A stretch of 64,000 nt of DNA from the NCBI GenBank assembly GCA_951406725.2, contig OX597817.1:141050001-141114000 (forward strand), written 5' to 3'. Origin of the DNA: Octopus vulgaris. Its lineage: Eukaryota. Under the pieces are notes generated by a model, which saw only the letters and a list, made by a program, of their open reading frames with translations, had not been told where the DNA came from and did not search any database. The position numbers and the translations under genes were made by a program. This document shows, in pieces, positions 40,075-50,919 of this stretch (position 1 is its first letter; the number at the start of each line of letters is the position of its first letter).

Positions 40075-40722
40075 TATTTTCCCTATTTATTCATGTTTGT
40101 TCAGTGGTGTTGTCCGGACATTGGTATAATGGGAAAACTAGGAATTTGGGGGACTTGTTGTGTGCACAGAGGTCTAAGTGCCCACTGAGTGGTATCTGTC
40201 TTGTGGTGGGATCCCTCAACTGTTGGCAGTGAACTGTCATCCTTTCTCTGAGGGTAAGGCTCGTTTGCCCTATGTAATCTTTGTGGCACCCTTCACACCT
40301 TATGACATAGAGTAAATTCTTTGATGCACAGGTGAAGTTATTTTTTATGACAAAAGTGTGTCTCAACTGGAATTTGTACACTGATCCTTCAATGAGGTGG
40401 ATGCAAGTCCTGCAGTTGTAACAACCACATTTTTTGACAGTGGGCGGTGGGTTTGTGTTGGGTAATTTTGCATTGGTGAATAGGTTTTTTAGGAATTTGG
40501 GTTGTCTTTTGCTTTTTATTATTTTATGGGTTGCAAGTACTTTTTTTAGACGTGGGTCTTGATTCAGCAGTGGAATGTTCTTGTATATAATTGTGTAAGC
40601 TTCTGCATTTCTTGGATTATGTGTTGAGAGATAGGGGAGGTATTTACTGTACTGTGAGTGTGTTTTGGTTTTTGTAAGTCTTTGGTAGTAATTGATTTGG
40701 CCCGTTCTATTCCATTGTCAAC
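40075..40722 (-). mobile_element. Penelope-like element fragment, GIY-YIG endonuclease
   Basis: The ORF contains NFTCASKNLLYVIRCEGCHKDYIGQTSLTLRERMTVH (GIY-YIG pattern) after a Cys-rich CGCYNCRTCIH-type linker. It is frameshifted and truncated at a (TA)n tract. Confidence 0.9.
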
Positions 40723-40775
<53 letters not shown>

Positions 40776-41879
40776 ATGTGTGTGTGTGTGTGTATGTGTG
40801 TGTGTGCCAGCATGGAAGGCAGACATTAAATAATGACGATGGTGATAGATAGATAGATAGGTATACAACAGAAGACCTGTCAAGCCAATTGAGATTATTG
40901 TTGTGGCTGATGCCAGTGTTGCGTAACTGGCACGTAAAAAGCACCTTTCAGATGTTGAGCAATATAGTGCGCTTGACAAGATCTGCCAAGCCAAGTGAAA
41001 CTGTAGTCATGGCCGATGCCAGTGCCGTCTGGCACCCATGCTGGTGACATGTAAAAAGCACTGTTTGAGAATTGGGCATCATGGAGGCAATGACAGGTGA
41101 CCAAGACCTTTGGCAACACACCATACTTGTGTAGGCCTGTCAAGCTAAGTGAGATTGTAGTGGTGGCCAATGCTTGTATCACAACAATGGCACCTGTGCT
41201 GGTGGCACGTAAAAAGCACCCACTACACTCTTGAAGAGGTTAGCATTAGGAAGGGCATTCAGATGTAGAAACTTTGCTAAATTAGACTGGAACCTGGTGC
41301 AACTCCCTGGCTTATTAGTTTTCAGTCAAACCGTCCAAGTGGACGTTAAACGATGATGTATGTATGTGGGGGGGGGACCTATTCAGTCAAGCAAAATCAA
41401 AATTACAATCAAATCGAAATCAAAATGAAAATTGTAGTTGTCCCCAATGCCAGTGCCACTTGACTGGCTCCCATGCTGGTGGCACTCAATAAACACCATT
41501 CATGCGTGGGTTGATGCCAGTGCCACCTGACTGGCTCCCATGCTGGTGGCACGCAATAAACACCATTCATGCGTGGGTTGATGCCAGTGCCACTTGACTG
41601 GCTCCTGTACTGGTCATGTAAAAAGCACCATCCAAACGTGGCCAATGCCAACAAGAACAAAAACAAAGTTGATAAATACACGCAGGTGTTGCGAATTAAG
41701 TTTAATTACCAATAAACATCAGACTGGCACGTTACTCAACCAACAGATGAAGGTGGCCAATCAAACAGATTATGTTAACAGAATTCTTTTCCGCCTATTC
41801 ATGTCAGAAACTTTGATACAGAGTATCGAAATTTTAATCCTTTTTCCCACTTATAAAATGTCAAGCAAACTTTAACATT

Positions 41880-42060
41880 TGCCATTACCATTATTGTCAG
41901 TATGGGCAGAACTTACACATCATTTACTGCAAAGGAGAAATTAAATATGTTGAATATGCATTTAAACGCGGCAATAGAGCCTATGTTTGAAATTGGTGTA
42001 AACAGTACAACAAACTTAAAACTGTGTCTAGTAACAAACAGACAAAAATTAAAGATTATT
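41880..42060 (+). mobile_element. Possible pogo-like transposase N-terminal (Brinker-type HTH) remnant
   Basis: MGRTYTSFTAKEKL followed in another frame by VEYAFKRGNRA, resembling the RRSYT..FKL.VVEYA...GNRAA motif. Confidence 0.45.
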
Positions 42061-43472
42061 CATATCATTACATTTTTTTCAGTCAGGAATATCCATATCA
42101 TTATCTATGTCAATGGTGCTCCAATGCGATAGGTAGAAACTCCAAGCAATGTAAAATATGACCCAGACTGTGCTTGCCAGCATGAATGTCAGACATCGAA
42201 AACTAGTTAACCATTTAATGGTTTTAGTAAATTTATACAGTAAAAGTAAGCATTATACCATCCAGCATAAATAAAAGTCAGCTTCATATTTAAGCCATTA
42301 TTATTATTTTTTTTTTTGAAAACCTTTTCTGACATTAAATGAATCAACTTCCGGTATGAATGTTAACGTATTTGTACATCTTTTTGCAACAAAAAAATTT
42401 TTTTTTGATTCTAGAAACAATCATCATCATCATCATCATTTAACGTCCACTTTCCATGCTAGCATGGGTTGGACGATTTTGACTGAGGGTTGGCAAACCA
42501 GATGGCTGCACCAGGCTCCAATCTTGATTTGGCAGAGTTTCTACAGCTGGATGCCCTTCCTAACTCCAGTCTACTCATGTAATTTACACACCCACTAATG
42601 TTTATTTTTATTTTTGCGAAACAATGTGTGTAAACTACATGGGTTTTTACGGTATATATGTATATGTCTGTGTGCCTGTGTTTGTCCCCCATCATCGCTT
42701 GGTAACTAACGTTGGTGTGCTTACATACCCGTAACATAGCAGTTCAGCAAAAGAGACTGATAGAATAAGTACTAGGCTTACAAAGAATAAGTCCTGAGGT
42801 TGATTAGTTCGACTAAAGGCATTGATCCAGCATGGCCACAGTCAAATCACTGAAACCAGTAAAATATATATATTGTATGTCACAATTAGTGACAATTGAA
42901 TTTTTCCTTCTTGGTTTTAAACTGCATATAGCTGCCTTCATTATTTCATAATTTTCACATTACCATTTTGCTGAATCAGTCACTGATTCAAATGGTAAAT
43001 AATATATACTGATAGTTGGGATGTAGCCAAACCATCCACCTATGGAGTAGTCACCACTGATAAGCTTTAATTCTAAGCGAAACTAGACTAGTATGGAGGT
43101 CTCGCTCACTGTAGGGTTGTTAACTCTCCTATCAGTGCATAGACATCCTTCCTGCACATAAAGGTTTCTAGCTCTTATTTCTAGCAATGCAGGTGCTACC
43201 CTGCACCGTTAGTCACAATCAGTGACAATTAAATTTTTCCTTTTTTGGTTTTATATTGCATACAGCCGCCATCATTATTTCCTGTTGTTGGCCAGATTGG
43301 AGCAATCTCGAGTATAACCAGCTGAAATTGCAAAGATAATCTGGAATTCGACTGAGGAAAGAAAACTCCAAATCACCCCTCCTTGTTTTCTTTGTATCGC
43401 CTATCTGGATGTTTTGTTGTCCCTTTTTTGTATCACTTGTCTGGATATTTTGCGTTCTTGTCCCATTTTGTA

Positions 43473-43910
43473 CACGTAAAAGCACCGTCCGTTCATGGCC
43501 GTTTGCCAGCTCTGTCTGGCCCCGTGTCGGTGGCACGTAAAAGCACCATCCGTTCGTGTCCGTTGCCAGCCTCGGCTGGCCCCCGTGCCGGTGACACGTA
43601 AAAGCACCGTCCGTTCGTGGCCGTTTGCCAGCTCTGTCTGGGCCCGTGTCGGTGGCACGTAAAAGCACCATCCGTTCGTGTTCGTTGCCAGCCTCGGCTG
43701 GCCCCCGTGCCGGTGACACGTAAAAGCACCGTCCGTTCGTGGCCGTTTGCCAGCTCTGTCTGGCCCCGTGTCGGTGGCACGTAAAAGCACCATCCGTTCG
43801 TGTCCGTTGCCAGCATCGCCTGGCCCCGTGCCAGTGACACATAAAAGCACCATCCGTTCATGGCCGTTGTGCCAGCTCTGTCTGGCACCTGTGCAGGTGG
43901 CACGTAAAAA
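43473..43910 (+). repeat. Minisatellite of about 7 x 61-bp units alternating A/B (122-bp dimer) in an RTE 3' UTR
   Basis: cacgtaaaagcacc recurs at 43473, 43534, 43595 and onward. Units alternate between gccagctctgtctggc and gccagcctcggctggc. Confidence 0.92.
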
Positions 43911-44080
43911 ACACCCACTACACTAGCGGAGTGGTTGGCGTTAGGAAGGGCATCCAGCCGTAGAAACACTGCCAAATCTGACTGGGCCTGATGAAGCCTT
44001 CAGGCTTCACAGACCCCAGTTAAACTGTCCAACCCATGCTAGCATGGAAAACGGACGCTAAATGATGATGATGATGATGA

Positions 44081-44131
<51 letters not shown>

Positions 44132-44466
44132 GAGATAGGGGTTGAAAATTCAACCCACCATGGGATAACATATATCCAATATACTGCTAGAGAGGTACCC
44201 AACAAGACTAATACATAAATGTTAAAAATTGCGGTGCAATTAATTCATCTACTGTATTATGTGGGCAAGGGAAAAATATTACCGTAAATTAATAATACAA
44301 AATGAGAAAATGGAGAAACATACTTAAATCAATCAATCATCAACCATCAGATAATACCCAATCAATACTTTATTACACCATTACATAACAGCAAAGACAT
44401 TATACATAATATATTGTAAATATAACTAGACATGGAAATAGAAATATAAAATACAATTACATCATA

Positions 44467-44577
44467 TCTGACAGCTGTTTCGGCCGTGAGGACAAGTATG
44501 TCTCATTTAACCTATTAGCCATATAAAGCAGGTATAAATGAGACATTAACAAGGATGTCTCACGGCCTCTTCAGAGA
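44467..44577 (-). ncRNA. Type I hammerhead ribozyme motif (inverted copy, sense to the ECT2 pre-mRNA)
   Basis: Reverse complement of 45037-45147 with the same core. Confidence 0.8.
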
Positions 44578-45036
44578 ATTTAATATAAGTGTGAAAAAAA
44601 TTTACATATAAATATAAAAATATAAAATATAAAAATGTGTGCATAGACACTCATAATTCTACACATATATATATACACATTAATACAATAATACAATATA
44701 AACAAAATATATCAGTATACATTAACAAACACAGTTATTTTCCATTTTGGACTCCTAGTTCCATAACTAACATCAAGGAAATACATGTACACTCACATTT
44801 AAATTTAAAGCAGACATATATATATATAAAAACACAGTCCAGTTCATTAAAATGTATAACCCTACAAAAAGTCAATAAAAATTAATATTAATATTAATAA
44901 TAATAATAATAATAATAACAACCATGATTGTACCATGTACAGCAAGCGGACATCTGCATATCAATAAGTCTAATTCATCTGTCCACTTGATATTGATTAT
45001 TCTATATGTAAATTTTTTTTCACGCTTATATTAAAT

Positions 45037-45147
45037 TCTCTGAAGAGGCCGTGAGACATCCTTGTTAATGTCTCATTTATACCTGCTTTATATGGCTAAT
45101 AGGTTAAATGAGACATACTTGTCCTCACGGCCGAAACAGCTGTCAGA
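45037..45147 (+). ncRNA. Type I hammerhead ribozyme motif with extended stem II
   Basis: tct-CTGAAGA-ggccgtgag...ctcacggcc-GAAA-cagctg-TC-aga: intact core, 9-bp stem II, palindromic stem III and a 3-bp stem I. Confidence 0.8.
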
Positions 45148-45349
45148 TATGATGTAATTGTATTTTATATTTCTATTTCCATGTCTAGTTATATTTACAA
45201 TATATTATGTATAATGTCTTTGCTGTTATGTAATGGTGTAATAAAGTATTGATTGGGTATTATCTGATGGTTGATGATTGATTGATTTAAGTATGTTTCT
45301 CCATTTTCTCATTTTGTATATATATATATATACACACACACATATATAT

Positions 45350-45665
45350 AATGGAGAAATTGTACAAAATGTATAAATGGATGGTAGGTAAAGCACCAGC
45401 AGTTTTGATTACCTATTGTTATCCTTAGATTTACGGCAGGAACTCCATAGTGGTGGTTGAGGTAACAGTATTAATAAAGTAGGAGATGGAATGTGTAATA
45501 TACTTTATTGGGTACAACACGTTTCGACCCGTTCTGGGTCTCTTCAGGTACATCAATAGAGTCTCACTAGAGAATTCTTGAGTCGGCTTACGTACCGTTT
45601 TATGTCCATCAAATTCAAGAATGAGTAGAATCAGAGAAAAATTATATTATTAAAACGCAATAATA
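45350..45665 (-). mobile_element. Second Penelope-like terminal fragment
   Basis: It carries the minimal hammerhead and abuts a (TA)n tract. Boundaries are approximate. Confidence 0.5.
45506..45558 (-). ncRNA. Minimal type I hammerhead ribozyme motif
   Basis: The minus strand reads GTAC-CTGAAGA-GACCC agaac GGGTC-GAAA-cgtg-TT-GTAC, and stem I is extended by tattg/caata. Confidence 0.75.
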
Positions 45666-45677
45666 TATTAATACTAT

Positions 45678-48092
45678 CATCGTCATCGTTGTTTAACGTC
45701 CATTTTCCATCTTGGCATGGGTTACACAGTTTGACTGAGGACTGGCAAGCCAGAAGGCTGCACCAGGCTCCAATCTGAACTTGCAAAGTTTCTACAGTTG
45801 AACACCCTTCCTAATGCCAACCACTCTGAGAGTGTAGTGGGTGCTTATTACGTGCCAACAGCACTAGGGACTGTGAGACAATACTGGCATCAACCATGCT
45901 TGAAAAGTGTTTTTTGCGTGCCACCAGCACGGGAGCCAAACAGGTGGCGCTGGCAACAATCAAACACGAATGGTGCTTTCTACATGCTACCAGCAAGGGA
46001 CCAGTCAGGCGGCACTGGCATCGACCACACTCGAAAGGTGCTTTTTTACGTACCACCGGCAAGGTGCCAATCAGGCAGTAATGTCATCAGCCATGGCAAT
46101 GACTTCACTTGCCTCAACAGGTCTTCACAAGCGCAGTTTATTGCCCAATGATTGAAGGGTACTCTTAAATGGGCTGGTTATGCTGCACTGGCATAGGTCA
46201 CAGTTACGGTCTCACTTGGCTTGCAGGGTCTTCTCAAGCACAGTATATCTCCAAAGATCTCCTTCACTTGTCATCACCTCCATGAGGCCCAATGTTCAAA
46301 GGTCGTGCTTTACCACTTCATCCCAGGTCTTCCAGGGTCTACCTCTTACACAGGTTCCCTCAAATGCTAGGGTGTAACACTTTTTCACACAGCTGTCCTC
46401 CTCCATATGCAACACATGACCATACCAGCGCAGTCGTCTCTCTTGTACACCACATCTGATGCTTCTTAAGTCTAACTTTTCTCTTAGGGTACTTACACTC
46501 TGTCGTGTACGCACACTGACATTACACATCCAGCAGAGCATACTGGCTTCATTCCTTGCCAGCTTACACATGTCCTCAGCAGTCACAGTCCATGTTTCAC
46601 TACCATATAGCATGGCTGTTCACACACAGGCTTCATACAGTCTACCTTTTACTCTGAGCGAGAGGTCCTTTGTCACCAGCAGAGGTAGGAGCTCTCTGAA
46701 CTTTACCCAGGCTATTCTTATTCTAGCAGCTACACTCACAGAGCATCCACCCCAGTTACAGACTTGGTCACCAAGGTAATGGAAGCTATCAACTACATCT
46801 AGTTATTTCCCCCGGAACGTGACAAAAGCTGTTTTCTGCACATTTTCAGTGTTTATTGCCCTTGAGCATTTGCCACACACAAAAACTATCTTCCCACTTA
46901 GCCTTCCTTTGATATTGCTGCACCTCTTATGTGTCCAAAACTTACACCAGGTACATCTTATGTACCTATTTATTAAGACTTTGATTTTTGTTTGATTGAC
47001 TCTAAGGCCCTTCGATTTTAAACCTTGCTTCCACACCTGAAACTTCTCTAGTTCTGATAGTGACTCCGCTATTAGAGCAAGGTCATCAGCATAGAGAAGC
47101 TCCCAGGGGCATCCTTCTTCAATTCCTCCATTACTGCCTGGAGGACTATGATGAATAAGAGTGGGCTGAGGACTGATCCTTGGGAGTCCCCTACCTGGAA
47201 TTCTTCACTATACTCATTGCCAACCCTTACCTTACTGACAGCATCTCTGTAAATGGCTTGTACAGCTTTCACTAACCACTCATATATCCCTAGTTTCTGC
47301 ATTGACCACCAGATAAGGGATCAGAGGGACCTTGTCAAAGGCTTTCTCCATGTCAACGAAAGCCAGGCACAGAGGTTTATCTTTGGCCAGGTATTTCTCC
47401 TGCAGCTGTCTTACCAGAAATGTAGCATCAGTGGTGCTTTTCCCTGGCACAAACCCAAATTGCATCTCGACTTAATTGACTCTCTCCCTAATTAGTTGGT
47501 CTATAACCCTCTCCGTGACTTTCATTACCTGATCCAACAACTTGATATCTCTATAATTATTCATATCTAATGCATCACATTTACTTTTGTAGCAGTTGAC
47601 TATGGTGCTGCTACACCAGTCATTGGGTATGACTCCTTTGTGTATCACCTGGTTTAGTATATGGGTGACTAGGCTATAGCCAACACCATTTTCAGATATT
47701 TTAAGCATCTCAGCAGTGATTCCTGACAGACCGGGGGCTTTCCCTGTCTATACCCTTAATTGCTTTATCTACCAAGGTACTGTCAATTCGGATAGCTGGT
47801 CCCTCTGTTGGGTCGACATTCGGCAGATTCTCTATTTCCCATTCATTCTCTTCATATAGCAACCTTTCATAGTAGTGTCTCCAAGTCTCTCTTTGCAGCC
47901 CCATTAAATGCAAGTGAGCCATCATCCATGCAGACACATTTCTCTCCTATAGCATCACAATTCTTTCTCACACACTGTCATGCAAAACAAAACACTCACA
48001 ATGCAGAACACTGACTAAGTAAACCTGTCTCTTAGCTTCCCTTCTGGCAATCTGATACAATTCCCTTTTACCACTGTTCTTCCAGTCCTTCC
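45678..48092 (-). mobile_element. RTE-clade LINE, 5'-truncated, same family as 21377-24170
   Basis: The same RT peptides in minus-strand ORFs 46296-47937, followed by a 3' UTR minisatellite and (GAT)n tail. Confidence 0.95.
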
Positions 48093-48555
48093 ATCTGGCA
48101 GTGTTTCTACAGTTAGATGCCCTTCCTAACGCCAACCACTCCGTGAGCGTAGTGAATGCTTTTTACGTGCCACCAGCACAGGTGCCAGGGGAGGCTGGCA
48201 ACGGCCACAATCGGTTGGTGCTTTTTACATGCCACTGGCACGGAAGCCGGTCAAGGCGGTGCTAGCTTCGGCCACGTACGGATGGTGCTTTTAACGTGCC
48301 ACCGACACAGGTATCACAACTACAATTTCCATTTGTTTTTTTTTATGTATGTGTATATATATATATTATGTATATATATAATGTATATATATACACATGC
48401 ATTCATACATACACATATTGGTAGTCAATAATCATGTATGTGGTACTGATCTGCAAAAAGCATTCCATATGAAAATATTCAAACACAGGATGACACAGAC
48501 AGTTTAATGGTTGGAACTATAAAAGACGTGCAAGATAACTAGAATTCATACATAC

Positions 48556-48636
48556 CAGGTTTCAGTATGGATCTGGTGGACAGAGTCTTGGCATTTAATT
48601 GCCTATTTGGTGTGGCCGACGTATCAAAAGAGATAC
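48556..48636 (-). CDS. ECT2: ECT2-like coding exon 2 (GISFDTSATPNRQLNAKTLSTRSILKP)
   Basis: ttttatcattcag| 81-nt open exon |gtatgt. Phase 1 in and phase 1 out, so it joins exons 1 and 3 in frame. It sits in a repeat-free island. The peptide itself is not a recognisable domain. Confidence 0.7.
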
Positions 48637-49164
48637 CTGAATGATAAAATATTGAGCATGAAAAATCCTGAAATAATATTGTGTCAGAGAGAATTCAGTA
48701 TAGGTTCATACTGGTTACCTCTTTCATATAAGGAAAGTTTTTAAAATGCTAACACTGATTATATTATGCAACAAATACTTTCAGCACTTGTGTTGACTTA
48801 ACAGAAAATAACCAGAGGTAATTTAGGAAACATTAAGTATTACTGATTTTATAGTTCTCACCATGATAAAGCACAAACATTACAAAACGTATAAAAGCTA
48901 CATTTTCTTGGTTTACATAACACTGACATCCAAATGTAAAGTAAGTTAGAGTATAATTTTCATTCTTTGATGTCAGTCAGTTAAATACAACCATCAACCA
49001 AGCCGCCATCAATTCTTTTTTTTAAAAAAATGAGAAATATACCTTATGCATAATAAATCAAAAGTATTTAGATTCAAAGGAAAATGAAACTGCTTTGATC
49101 TTTGTTAATTCACATTACCTATTAATCAAGCAAAAGAAGAAGTATGTATGTAAGTATATATATG

Positions 49165-49201
<37 letters not shown>

Positions 49202-49220
49202 ATGTATACATATATATATG

Positions 49221-49359
<139 letters not shown>

Positions 49360-49662
49360 CACATAAAACACCATCCGAGCGTGGCCGTCTGCCAGCCTCG
49401 TCTGGCACCTGTGTCGGTGGCACATGGAAGCACCATCCGAGCGTGGCCGTTCGCCAGCCTCGTCTGGCACCTGTGTCGGTGGCACATAAAATCACCCACT
49501 ACACTCTCGGAGTGGTTGGCGTTAGGAAGGGCATCCAGCTGTAGAAACACTGCCAGATCTGACTGGCCTGGTGCAGCCTTCGGGCTCCCCAGACCCCAGT
49601 TGAACCGTCCAACCCATGCTAGCATGGAAAACGGACGCTAAATGATGATGATGATGATGATG

Positions 49663-49665
49663 ATA

Positions 49666-49764
<99 letters not shown>

Positions 49765-49827
49765 GTAAGTATATATATATATGTATGTATGTATATATAT
49801 ATATATGTATATATATATGTATGTATG

Positions 49828-49858
<31 letters not shown>

Positions 49859-49967
49859 GTATGTATATATATATATATGTATGTATATATATATATATGT
49901 ATATATATATATGTATATACATACATATATGTATATATATATATATATATATATGTATATACATACA

Positions 49968-50043
<76 letters not shown>

Positions 50044-50055
50044 CATATACATACA

Positions 50056-50147
<92 letters not shown>

Positions 50148-50217
50148 CATACATATATATATATATATACATACATATACATACATATATATATATATAT
50201 ATACATATACATACATA

Positions 50218-50249
<32 letters not shown>

Positions 50250-50255
50250 CATACA

Positions 50256-50287
<32 letters not shown>

Positions 50288-50360
50288 CATACATATATAT
50301 ATATATACATATACATACATATATATACATATACATACATATATATACATATATATATAT
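49663..50360. repeat. About 700-bp interrupted (TA)n microsatellite (another at 49143-49351)
   Basis: Directly visible, and the source of the poly-IY ORFs. Confidence 0.97.
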
Positions 50361-50703
50361 GCATGATCTATTTCATATATTTCCCAGGTGAGAAACTACA
50401 AATGCAATACCAACCTTTACACTATAAAGGAACACCTGGCAAGTATATAACATGAAATTAGTTGCAATCTCCAGTCTACTTGTTCCATTGAAGAATTTAT
50501 TGTTTTTGGTAGGATTTTTTTTCTCTCATTTCTCCATCTACATCATTCACTCTTAAACTAAGGTCACAACTCTTTTTTTTTGTTCTCCTCATTTCAAACC
50601 AATATTCTCTATTATCACCAACTGTGATTAAATATCCATTTCTTCCATCCGATCAGAACTTTCACTATAGTTTTTGAAGGAGATCTGACAATCTAACATG
50701 TAA

Positions 50704-50919
50704 CCCTTTAGCATTTAAACCAATCATATCAGGCCCAAAATATTCGATATGCTTTACATTCAAACTGACTAGATCTGGTCATTCATACCTGCCCTACAAT
50801 GTCATCCTAAAATAGAGTCACACCACTGAAATCTTTAAGCTATGAGAATGCATGATTAATTCAAAGCAATGCGAATAAATAAGCATCAAATTTAACAAAA
50901 TAACCTGAATACTAAGGGG
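50704..50919. mobile_element. piggyBac-type MITE, different family
   Basis: GTAA|CCCTTTAGCATT ... AATACTAAGGGG|TTAA. Confidence 0.7.

Larger units (their letters stand above)
44295..45319. repeat. Near-perfect inverted repeat (arms 44295-44610 and 45003-45319, spacer about 390 bp), probably Penelope-like terminal repeats
   Basis: The arms are reverse complements with about 2 visible differences. Each arm holds a hammerhead motif, and the structure lies among (TA)n tracts. Confidence 0.9.

Noticed and set aside
43473-43910. Regular 61-bp periodic array with palindromic units, superficially CRISPR-like (also 30345-30970)
   Set aside because: The would-be spacers are themselves repeated A/B units, there are no cas genes, the context is eukaryotic, and the array is part of an RTE 3' UTR.
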